Source: Endomicrobiales bacterium
Lineage (GTDB): Bacteria; Elusimicrobiota; Endomicrobiia; Endomicrobiales; JALOBY01
NCBI GenBank assembly: GCA_963796955.1
Contig: CAWCNJ010000005.1
Location: 192,001 to 256,000, forward strand
Direction: 5' to 3'
Length of the DNA stretch: 64,000 nt
The notes under the pieces: model-generated
Told to the model about the DNA's origin: nothing
Seen by the model: only the letters and a program-made list of their open reading frames with translations
Databases searched by the model: none
Part shown: piece by piece, positions 1 through 8,056 of the stretch
Numbering within the stretch: the first letter of the stretch is position 1
Layout of the letters: each line of letters starts with the position of its first letter
Made by a program: the position numbers and the translations under genes

Positions 1-76
1 TTATGATAGTTAGCCTTGTGAAAGCTCGGGAAAAGATATAAAATTAACTCATATCCCACATTCTTAAAGGATAACC

Positions 77-1565
77 ATGCAGAGTTACAAAGTATTTGTC
101 AGCGCGAATCAGACGGAACTCAAAAATGAACGGGCTGCGATAAGGGACATTATACTGCACAGCCCGGGGATGGAGGGTTATTTTAACGTCTTCCTTTTTG
201 AGGATATGCCTGCGAAAGGTAAAGCCCCCGCCGCCACATACTTAAAGCAGGTTGAGAATAGCGATATTTACATAGGTATTTTTGGCAATGAATATGGGAT
301 TAAAGGAAAGGATGGTCTTTCCGCGACCGAAAGAGAGTTCCGCGAGTTCATCGCGAAGAAGTCGGGCGGCGAGACCCTTATTTTCCTTAAAGGAACAGAT
401 GACTCCAAACGCGACAAAGATACCAGCAAGCTGATTAAATATGTGAAAGACAATTGCATCTATAAACGTTTTTCAAATATCGATGAACTTCAAAAACATG
501 TTCTAAGCAGTCTTATAACTTTCCTGCGAGATAAGGGAAAGCTAAGCAAACTGTCTTTTGATGAACGGGTTTGCGATGAAGCGACATACAGCGATATTGA
601 TGAAAACGAGGTTAAAGAATACCTGCAGGAACGGGCAGTTAAACTCAAGGTAGCTGTCCCCAAGGTGCCAGTAAAGAACTTCCTGACCAGAACGCTCAAA
701 GTTGTGCAGGAAACAGACGGTGTGTTACGGCCTACCAATGCCGGCCTCCTATTCTTCGGCAAGAACCCGACCGAATTTATATCCCAGCACGAAATCAGAA
801 TAGCGCGTTTTAAGGGTACGGATAGAATAGAATTCCTTGATTCGCAGGAAATAACCGGTCCGATCTACAAAATGCTGGACGATGTTGAGAAATTTTTTAA
901 AAGAAATACCCGCCTGGCGAATAAAATTGTTGAGTTCAAACGCGTAGATATCCCAGAATATCCCTTCGAGGCTATCAGAGAAGCAGTAATAAATGCCATC
1001 GCCCATAGAGATTACAACCAGCAGGGTGCGCCAATAATTATTTCTATATTCGATGACAGAGCAGAGATTAGCAACCCTGGCGGTCTGCTACCAGGCCTAG
1101 ACATAAAGGATCTGGAAGGACACCATAAAACGCGCAACAAAATTATTTGCTCAATATTCCACGAAAACAAAAGATATGGAGCGCTTCGGCACCGGCATAA
1201 AAAAGATGAAGCGCCTTATGAAAGAGCACGGCCTGTCCGCCCCTAAGTTTGTAGAAGAAGGCGATTTCTTTGTGGCACGGTTTTACAGCCCGGGTGATAA
1301 GATACTTGATTTGGTGCCGAGTATTCCCAACGAACGGGTTACAGACTTGAAAGAATTAGGGTTAAATGAAAGACAGATAGAATCTTTGAGACTTATGGTC
1401 AATGAAAATAAATCAATGGGGATAATGGAATACTCCAATAGGTTTAATGTCAACGAAAAAACTACCCGTCGTGATCTAAAGGAAATGATTTCGCTCGGGC
1501 TTGTAGAAAAAGTTGGTTCAACAAAAAAAGTATTTTTTAAGGCCAAACACAGATTACCGAAATAA
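77..1565 (+). pseudogene. DUF4062 + RecG-C-like (HATPase_c_4) + C-terminal HTH protein, split by a +1 frameshift near 1164-1168
   Basis: N-terminus KVFVSA..ELKNER..SDIYIGIFGNEYG (DUF4062-like); REAVINAIAHRDY and ISNPGGL motifs. Removing one A from cacgaaaacaaaagat gives HETKDMERFGTG, joining ORF 77..1246 to ORF 1176..1565. Could be a sequencing error. Confidence 0.8.
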
Positions 1566-1642
1566 CTAAAAAATGTCCGCAATAATGTCCGAAATTGCAA
1601 ATGTCCGTAATAACTAAAAAATGTCCGTAATAATGTCCGAAA
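1561..1642. repeat. Direct repeat with 48-bp period containing five AATGTCCG boxes
   Basis: aataactaaaaaatgtccg(c/t)aataatgtccgaaa at 1561-1594 and 1609-1642; AATGTCCG at 1572, 1584, 1600, 1620 and 1632. Confidence 0.9.
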
Positions 1643-1690
1643 TAGATTTTGTTCAATTTCGCAGACACCGTCTGCGGAATTAATGACTAT

Positions 1691-1756
1691 AAAATACGAG
1701 ACACTGTCTCGTATTTTGTCATACAAACAGCGATATTGTTGTAAATGTATGACAAA
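1691..1756. promoter_or_regulatory. Perfect 13-bp inverted repeat plus TTTGTCATACA-N20-TGTATGACAAA operator-like palindrome
   Basis: aaaatacgagaca-c-tgtctcgtatttt at 1691-1717; tttgtcataca at 1715-1725 and tgtatgacaaa at 1746-1756. Confidence 0.7.
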
Positions 1757-1784
1757 TAATTTGACCATGTAACTGAAAAAGGAT

Positions 1785-2495
1785 GTGATGATAAAATTTG
1801 GCATCAGGCAATCATTCGATAAAATCGAGCAAATTGAAGACAGGTACGCAAAGGTAGGTGTGCCTGTGGAATTGGCGCTGCCTTTTTACTGGGATATTTA
1901 TGAGCCGGTTCGGCCGCACTTGGGTGAGATCGCTGATAAGATCAGATCGTATGGCACAGAAGTGCTAAGCGTTCACGCAGTTCAGGCAACTATAACAGAT
2001 GAACGGTTCAGGGTGTGGGGCAGGGAAGTAGCCGATTTTGCAAAAGCAGTGGGTGCGGCGACCATTATGTTGCATCCTAACAATGTTAAGAAAGACACTA
2101 CTGTGCAGGGTGTGGCGCTCAAGAATCTTGAGTATTTTACCGATTTATATAAAAACGACATAGTATTCAGTATCGAGACCTTTGAAGGTAACAGGCGTGT
2201 GTTTACACCCGATGAAATTACTTCTTTCAATCTGCCAATGACGTTGGACACATCACACATCCGAAGCAATGAGAAGATCTGGGGTTTTCTCAAAGGCTAC
2301 AAAGACCGCATTAACACTATTCATTTGTCGGCCAGGGACGGTGCCAAGCAGCATTTACCAATAGATGAATTTTGCAAAGAAATAGTGCGGTACTTGATTG
2401 ACAACAAATGGAACGGGAATATAATTTTAGAATATCTGTTTGAGTACCACGGTCAGATGAAACAGGATTTGGAATTATTAAAGGCAATGAAGTAA
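1785..2495 (+). CDS. Xylose isomerase-like / AP endonuclease 2 TIM-barrel protein
   Basis: SVHA, MLHP, SIET, TLDTSH, IHLS and ILEY metal-binding pattern. Confidence 0.7.
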   Translation: MMIKFGIRQSFDKIEQIEDRYAKVGVPVELALPFYWDIYEPVRPHLGEIADKIRSYGTEVLSVHAVQATITDERFRVWGREVADFAKAVGAATIMLHPNNVKKDTTVQGVALKNLEYFTDLYKNDIVFSIETFEGNRRVFTPDEITSFNLPMTLDTSHIRSNEKIWGFLKGYKDRINTIHLSARDGAKQHLPIDEFCKEIVRYLIDNKWNGNIILEYLFEYHGQMKQDLELLKAMK

Positions 2496-2507
2496 TTGTG
2501 CAAGGAA

Positions 2508-2615
2508 GCTACAGAGAAAACCACGGAGAAAACTACGGAGAAAAATGTCGGAAAAAGTAAGGTGTAAAGTAGGGTGTAAAGTAAGGTGAAAAGTAAGGTG
2601 TAAAGTAACGGAAAA
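2508..2615. repeat. Nine tandem 12-bp units of mixed types
   Basis: gctacagagaaa/accacggagaaa/actacggagaaa/aatgtcggaaaa/agtaaggtgtaa/agtagggtgtaa/agtaaggtgaaa/agtaaggtgtaa/agtaacggaaaa in exact 12-bp phase. Confidence 0.9.
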
Positions 2616-2793
2616 GTTCTCTCCCTTTCGGGCTTGTGACGTGACATATTGCAAAAAGTCTTTTGTGTCCGATTTGTGACGTAAGGGTGTTCGTTTGATG
2701 GCGTTTAGTGGCATTTCCTGGCATTTGTTGTCACCCAAGAAATCATTGAAAATACGCGTAAAATAGCGTTTTGAGAGTGAGTGCTCTGAAGGA

Positions 2794-2849
2794 CTTGAAA
2801 ACTAGTGTAGGGTTATACTCTACCGGGGGTTCAAATCCCTCTCCTTCCG
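2794..2849 (+). mobile_element. 3' half of tRNA-Ser(UGA); probable att core
   Basis: cTTGAaa anticodon loop, long variable arm (gtagggttatactctac), T-arm gggggTTCAAATccctc and acceptor 3' strand tccttccg. The 5' half (D-arm, 5' acceptor and anticodon strands) and CCA are absent. Confidence 0.8.
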
Positions 2850-3031
2850 ACCGAGTTGCCCTGAGCCGTCGCTGCCTTTTAGCGACGAGCGAAACGAGGG
2901 AGTCCCCGGAGGGGGCGTCCGAATTCCAGCCTGATTTTCCTTACATAAAAAACACCCCGTTTTACCGTCTTGTGTCCGATTTGTGACGTGTCATTGCCTC
3001 ACAAGCCCGAAAAATTGATAAAATTATGAAA

Positions 3032-3066
3032 ATCTTACGCTCACTTTTGGTGACCGTAGGATTTTT
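3032..3066. repeat. Hairpin/terminator-like repeat, copy 1
   Basis: atcttacgctcacttttggtgaccgtaggattttt; near-identical copy at 4937-4969. Confidence 0.8.
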
Positions 3067-3108
3067 TAGGTTATGCAACTATACTTACATATAGTAATTT
3101 GAAAGGGC

Positions 3109-3160
3109 TTGACACTTTTTGTCATACAAACTACAATATTGCTATAGTTGTATGACAAAA
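3109..3160 (+). promoter_or_regulatory. Sigma70 promoter overlapped by a palindromic operator
   Basis: TTGACA (3109)-N17-TACAAT (3132); tttgtcataca-N20-tgtatgacaaa at 3118-3159. Confidence 0.75.
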
Positions 3161-3169
3161 GGATAAGAT

Positions 3170-3487
3170 ATGGCAATTAAAAGTATTCTTCGTGAAGAAC
3201 TGAATAACTCTCTGAACATGAAGCAGTCCTTTGAGCGTGAGCTCAAGGCGCTGCCACAAGGTTCTTTATTGAAACGGAAGGTTTCCGGTAAAGAATACTA
3301 TTACATAATTTCTCGCGAGAACCAGCGCGTTAAATTCGACTACAAGGGTAAGAATGTTCCTGCAGATGTTATTGAGAAATATAAGCAAGCCAAGTCTTTA
3401 CGGGCAAAGTATAGGAATTCGCTGTCGATATTGAAGAAACAGATAAAATTTCTTAAGGGGATCCTTCGTGGAAAAGAAGCAATTTGA
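3170..3487 (+). CDS. Small basic protein, putative antitoxin/DNA-binding partner
   Basis: Lys/Arg-rich, LPQGSL..GKEYYY motif; overlaps the downstream nucleotidyltransferase gene. Confidence 0.65.
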   Translation: MAIKSILREELNNSLNMKQSFERELKALPQGSLLKRKVSGKEYYYIISRENQRVKFDYKGKNVPADVIEKYKQAKSLRAKYRNSLSILKKQIKFLKGILRGKEAI

Positions 3488-4154
3488 CCTGGTTGTGCAG
3501 GTATTAACTAGGTTTGAAGAAAATAATATATTGGATAAAATTGTGCTTGTTGGCAGCTGGTGCATACCGCTGTACAAAGATTACTTCGCTGCAGTGCGAT
3601 ATTATACTCCTATAAGAACACGAGATATCGATTTTATGATACCGCTAAGAACCAAGTTCGCGCCCGGCGGCAGCATTCCGGCCATGCTGCGCGATCTCGG
3701 TTTTGTAATGACAGTTGATTCGATATCAGACAATATGAAGCTAGAGCACCATGAGTTCAGCGTTGAATTTCTTGTGCCGGATATTGGCAGAGGACTCCCA
3801 AGTCCATATAATATTCCATCGTTGAATATCAACGCACAGCCGCTTAGATATTTAAATTTGCTGACCGATAAAGTAATAACCGTAAAAGTCGGCAATATTG
3901 ATGTGCGCGTTCCACATCCTGCGCTATTCGCGCTCCACAAGCTGATAGTCTCAGGAAGACGAACAAAACCCGAGAAACAGGAAAAAGACATTAGCGATGG
4001 TCTTAGGATCATGAAGGCACTTATAGACATCAAAGATACTGGATATTTAATTGAGAAATATCGTTCTTTGCCAGCGAAATGGAAAAAAGAAATCATTGGC
4101 GTTCTGAAAGCAGAAAAACAGTCTGCGATAATGGGCCTGCTTTCAGATAAATAG
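3468..4154 (+). CDS. GSU2403-like nucleotidyltransferase-fold protein (putative toxin)
   Basis: LVGSW..RTRDIDF and VPHPALFALHKLIVS..K.EKD motifs. Confidence 0.75.
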   Translation: MEKKQFDLVVQVLTRFEENNILDKIVLVGSWCIPLYKDYFAAVRYYTPIRTRDIDFMIPLRTKFAPGGSIPAMLRDLGFVMTVDSISDNMKLEHHEFSVEFLVPDIGRGLPSPYNIPSLNINAQPLRYLNLLTDKVITVKVGNIDVRVPHPALFALHKLIVSGRRTKPEKQEKDISDGLRIMKALIDIKDTGYLIEKYRSLPAKWKKEIIGVLKAEKQSAIMGLLSDK

Positions 4155-4202
4155 AATTTTAGACCACAATGACGTACGAAGTGATGGTAAGAAGGATAGG
4201 AG

Positions 4203-4454
4203 TTGCCTCGTATGAAACATGCTATAGTCATTTTTTTAATCGGGGTTACCTTGGTAACATATAGCATACGCAATAGTAATCTTATTATGAGTAAATTTGT
4301 TGGTTTCCTGGCAGCCGTACTTATTTATACAATATACTCGTACATAAATACAAAAGATCCCAAAGTTTTAAGGACTGTTGGATATGCACTGCTCATTATA
4401 GCGTTGTTGAGACTTTATGGAGGTTGGCTTACTGCAACATCTCCAATCCCCTGA
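4203..4454 (+). CDS. Small membrane protein
   Basis: Three hydrophobic segments; GGA-rich RBS-like sequence upstream. Confidence 0.5.
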   Translation: MPRMKHAIVIFLIGVTLVTYSIRNSNLIMSKFVGFLAAVLIYTIYSYINTKDPKVLRTVGYALLIIALLRLYGGWLTATSPIP

Positions 4455-4487
4455 TTTGTATTTCCTGATTCACTCAAAATCGCACTC

Positions 4488-4904
4488 GTGTTATCCATAA
4501 CGTGCCTTGTAGTCGCACCTTTGCTTTATGCAGGGAATATTTCCCTTAGGGGTTGTGCTAGTTATTCAGTTTTGTTAAATGATGTTGAACGTGTCGGTAG
4601 TAACGACTCACAGACCAAGTCTGGTTTGAGTTTGAATATCGATTTGTCCCTTGATTGTTCATCACTGTTGCCTGGCCTAAGCATTGGAATAGAGACCGGG
4701 TATATGCCGTTGTATCGTTATTCTGCTGACGGAGGATGGTTCACACAGTCGCTGGACAGTTATTCAATCCCTTTGTTAGTCGTTGGACAGTATGACCTAA
4801 GTAAAAGTGATTCGCATAGTGTCTATGCTATTGCTGGCATTGGCAGCCATTTTGTTACAACAAATACTAACACAACGACCAATTTATATGGAGTGAGTAC
4901 ATGA
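4488..4904 (+). CDS. Outer-membrane beta-barrel-like protein, probably C-terminally truncated
   Basis: Signal-like N-terminus and amphipathic strands (SIGIETGY, IPLLVVGQY, YAIAGIG); no terminal aromatic strand. Confidence 0.45.
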   Translation: MLSITCLVVAPLLYAGNISLRGCASYSVLLNDVERVGSNDSQTKSGLSLNIDLSLDCSSLLPGLSIGIETGYMPLYRYSADGGWFTQSLDSYSIPLLVVGQYDLSKSDSHSVYAIAGIGSHFVTTNTNTTTNLYGVST

Positions 4905-4936
4905 CAAGCGGTGCGGCTCCGATGTAACCCTATACG

Positions 4937-4969
4937 ATCTTACGCTCACTTAGTGATCGTAGGATTTTT
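4937..4969. repeat. Hairpin/terminator-like repeat, copy 2
   Basis: atcttacgctcacttagtgatcgtaggattttt. Confidence 0.8.
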
Positions 4970-5061
4970 AATCTTTAAGACCAGGCGCACCGCAAGAGTC
5001 AGCTACCGTATAATCTACTGATTTAGTATAATCGGGGCCAAAGACAGAGGAGCTTAACATC

Positions 5062-5463
5062 ATGGCCAAAACAAAAATAATTTACGCCTGTTCAGGCGCA
5101 TCTGATGTGGGAAAAATTGCGGACGAAGCGGCCCGTGCGCTCAGCAAAGAAGGTTACGCCCGTATGAGCTGCCTTGCCGCCATCGGCGCCGATAGCGGTG
5201 AGTATGTAGACGCCGCCCGCGCCGCTGATATGGTAATAGTCGTAGACGGCTGCCCCATAGCCTGCGCCCGCAAGAACCTGGAACGCATCGGCGTGGCGCC
5301 GGTAGCATTCGTCCTTACCAAAATGGGTCTGGTGAAAGGTATGACACCTCCCACCGAAAAAGTGATCGCCGAAACCGCCAAAAAAATAAAAGAAACCGCC
5401 GGCGAAAACCCGCCCCCATCCTGCGGCAGCGGTTGCGGCAGTTGCGGCGGCTGTAAGATATGA
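5062..5463 (+). CDS. DGC-domain putative zinc-binding protein
   Basis: YACSGASDVG, CLAAIG and VDGCPIACA motifs; Cys/Gly tail; GAGGAG RBS. Confidence 0.85.
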   Translation: MAKTKIIYACSGASDVGKIADEAARALSKEGYARMSCLAAIGADSGEYVDAARAADMVIVVDGCPIACARKNLERIGVAPVAFVLTKMGLVKGMTPPTEKVIAETAKKIKETAGENPPPSCGSGCGSCGGCKI

Positions 5464-5949
5464 TACCATTGCCGCACAGTAATATTTATATTGGCGGTAT
5501 ACTGGATCTGCACAGCACAGACATGCGCACCTGGGCATATGTGCATGCCACAAAAACTGTGTATGATAAAATGCTGAGCGTTAGCGGACCTGCCCCGTGC
5601 CTGGTGCCTTATGTAAATGACAACCGATTGTACTTGAACTGGGTAGACGGATCCAGCGAGCTCTATGAGTGTGACGGTGTAACGGTCTTCAACAAAATAC
5701 TGGATTTTGTAGAGCTCTGGAGCAAAACAAGAAAAGTGTTGATACATTGCGACATGGGCATGTCACGCGTGCGACATGGGCATGTCACGCGGCCCAACCG
5801 TTGGCCTGGTCTACGCCGCCAAACGCCTTAAAATAATCCCAAACACTTCATTTAAAGCCGCCCAGGCCGAATACCAAAAGCTGTACCCCAAATACTCCCC
5901 GGGCGGTATAGGAAAGTTTGTGGTACAAAACTGGGCAGCAATTATATAA
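5460..5949 (+). pseudogene. Dual-specificity/PTP-like phosphatase frameshifted by a 22-bp tandem duplication
   Basis: VLIHCDMGMSR (HCxxGxSR); tgcgacatgggcatgtcacgcg at 5748-5769 and 5770-5791. Removing one copy restores an ORF to TAA at 5947-5949. Confidence 0.8.
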
Positions 5950-5970
5950 CTTTATAAAGAATAGTAGGTG

Positions 5971-5999
5971 TTGACAAACTTTATAAAGTTCTGTATAAA
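5971..5999 (+). promoter_or_regulatory. Sigma70 promoter with palindromic operator in the spacer; leaderless start
   Basis: TTGACA-N17-TATAAA; aactttataaagtt palindrome at 5977-5990, second copy near 5948; ATG 6 nt after the -10. Confidence 0.7.
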
Positions 6000-6005
6000 T
6001 ACAAT

Positions 6006-6926
6006 ATGACTATAAAAGAACAGCTAACCCTTATCGCGCGCCTATCGGGCAAAACTCAGGAAAAACTCGCAGCCGAACTCGGTGTATCATTCCCGACGAT
6101 CAATAGCTGGATAAACGGAAAAACTGAACCCCGGGCCGCTGCCCGCGACCGCATACAAAAACTGTATCTGCGTCTTACCGGCCAGCATGAAATACCTGCC
6201 GCGCAACTGACAGGGAAAAAGCATGCAATTGCATATGCCGGCACACAACACCCGAACCTGGTAGCTTTACTAAACACCCGCAAAGACCTGTATGACCAAT
6301 TTCTGTTGTCGCTTACCTATAATACCAATCGCATCGAGGGCAGTACCCTAACCGAGCCCGAAACGGCCGCCATCCTGTTCCAAAACACCGCTCTGGCCGA
6401 CAAGTCTATTATCGAACAGATGGAAGTAAAGAACCATCAGTCCGCCTTTGCTTACATGCTGCAGCACATTGCCGAGCGTAAACCGATAACTGAAGAATTT
6501 ATACTTGCCATGCATGCAAAGCTTATGAACGGTATTAGAGAAGACGCAGGCTTGTATCGCAGGCACGCAGTACGCATTGTGGGCTCTCATGTCGCTACAG
6601 CAAATTTCCTTAAAGTGCCCGTACTAATGCCGGAACTGATCAAAATCATCAAGGCGGGCGACAAAGATATTGTTGCCTTTGTATCGCGCATTCACAGCCG
6701 GTTCGAGCAAATTCATCCCTTCTCTGACGGTAATGGCCGTGTGGGCCGCCTATTGTTGTGGGCCATGCTATTACAAAAGAACATCGCCCCCGCAATTATT
6801 GCCCAGGAGAACAGGCGCTACTACATAATGTACCTGAACCAATCGCAGCTACAAGCAGACCAAAGCAGATTAGAGGATTTTATCTGTGATGGTATTTTAA
6901 ACGCTTACGCATTGCTCAAAGCTTAG
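6006..6926 (+). CDS. XRE-HTH + Fic domain protein
   Basis: TQEKLAAELGVSFPTINSWINGK HTH; HPFSDGNGRVGR Fic motif; TNRIEG. Confidence 0.9.
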   Translation: MTIKEQLTLIARLSGKTQEKLAAELGVSFPTINSWINGKTEPRAAARDRIQKLYLRLTGQHEIPAAQLTGKKHAIAYAGTQHPNLVALLNTRKDLYDQFLLSLTYNTNRIEGSTLTEPETAAILFQNTALADKSIIEQMEVKNHQSAFAYMLQHIAERKPITEEFILAMHAKLMNGIREDAGLYRRHAVRIVGSHVATANFLKVPVLMPELIKIIKAGDKDIVAFVSRIHSRFEQIHPFSDGNGRVGRLLLWAMLLQKNIAPAIIAQENRRYYIMYLNQSQLQADQSRLEDFICDGILNAYALLKA

Positions 6927-6994
6927 CGTCGAAGCGGATCCAAGTATGGAAACCGGTCATTGCGCGGGCTTGCCGGATAATATATTGTAAAAAT

Positions 6995-7963
6995 ATGAAA
7001 TCCACAAAAAATTATGTGCTAAGCCATTGCGCGCGTTTCAAAATAATCCCCATACAACCGTATAATTTTCTGCTTACCGTAAAAAAACCCGCCGGCTGGC
7101 ACTGGTTCACTCCGTTCGAGACTTGGGAGAACGGCAGTATCAGCACCGGTTTTTGGTTTCGGCAAATTTCCGGGAAAAAAATACCGCTTGGCATTCGGGT
7201 GCGCCAGGCCGCCAAGGCTCTCGTAATAGAAGCATATTCACAAAAGACGCTGTCCTCCCGGGACCTTGCAAAACTGCGCGATACCATGGCACTGCGGCTC
7301 GGCGCGAAAGAAGATCTGCGCCCGCTTTATGCCGTTATGCGCAAACACCCTGTGCTTAAACATATCGCCAAAAGGCTCTACGGCATGCACGACGCCTGGG
7401 GCAGTGACACCTTCCCTTCGCTAACGCTTGCCGTGCTGCTGCAAATGGCGCCCATTAAACGTTCCCAGGAAATGTGGGACTGCGTTATAAAAAAATACGG
7501 CGATACTGTTAAGTTTAACGGCCGCAAGATACTGCTGTGGCCTACCGAAGAGGTTATCGCGGGCACTTCCGAGAGCGAACTTAGAAAATGTAAGCTCGGA
7601 TACCGGGCCAAAAACCTTTCGCGCCTCGCCCGCCAGCTGCTTAAAGGCTTTCCCTCGGTGGAAGAACTTGCCGCCATGCCGCCCGAGGTATCCAGGGAAA
7701 AGTTGACGGAGCTCTACGGCATAGGCGAATACTCCGCGGATTTCGCGGACCCCCACCCCGGCTTCGCCCTGGACGTGTGGAGCGTAAAAATATTCCACCG
7801 CCTGATCTTTGGCAAACCCGCCCCCATAGACGATCCCCGCTCGGCAATAAAAAAAACCGCCCACGCCGCAGAAAAGCTTTGGGGCAAATGGCGCGGCTAC
7901 ATCCTAACCTACGTCCTTAACGACCTGCCCAACCTAGAAAAACAATTCGGCATCCATGCCTAG
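6995..7963 (+). CDS. HhH-GPD DNA glycosylase (AlkA/Ogg-like)
   Basis: KLGYRAK, LTELYGIGEYSA HhH, ALDVWS and WGKWRGY motifs. Confidence 0.75.
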   Translation: MKSTKNYVLSHCARFKIIPIQPYNFLLTVKKPAGWHWFTPFETWENGSISTGFWFRQISGKKIPLGIRVRQAAKALVIEAYSQKTLSSRDLAKLRDTMALRLGAKEDLRPLYAVMRKHPVLKHIAKRLYGMHDAWGSDTFPSLTLAVLLQMAPIKRSQEMWDCVIKKYGDTVKFNGRKILLWPTEEVIAGTSESELRKCKLGYRAKNLSRLARQLLKGFPSVEELAAMPPEVSREKLTELYGIGEYSADFADPHPGFALDVWSVKIFHRLIFGKPAPIDDPRSAIKKTAHAAEKLWGKWRGYILTYVLNDLPNLEKQFGIHA

Positions 7964-8004
7964 CCGTACCCCTATCACTTTCCATTCATCCCTCAATAAC
8001 AAAA

Positions 8005-8052
8005 CTTGACATAATCTTGACACATGTCAACTTTAGATGTATAATCTTGACA
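8005..8052 (+). promoter_or_regulatory. Consensus promoter embedded in CTTGACA repeats
   Basis: TTGACA (8017)-N17-TATAAT (8040); ataatcttgaca at 8011 and 8041; ttgacacatgtcaa palindrome. Confidence 0.75.
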
Positions 8053-8056
8053 TCGT

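Noticed and set aside
1561..2615. Repeat arrays as CRISPR
   Set aside because: Units are 8-12 bp and contiguous, with no unique spacers and no cas genes.
2771..2986. 71-aa ORF, or a complete tRNA-Ser gene
   Set aside because: The ORF merely overlaps the tRNA fragment; the tRNA lacks its 5' half and CCA, so it is not a functional gene.
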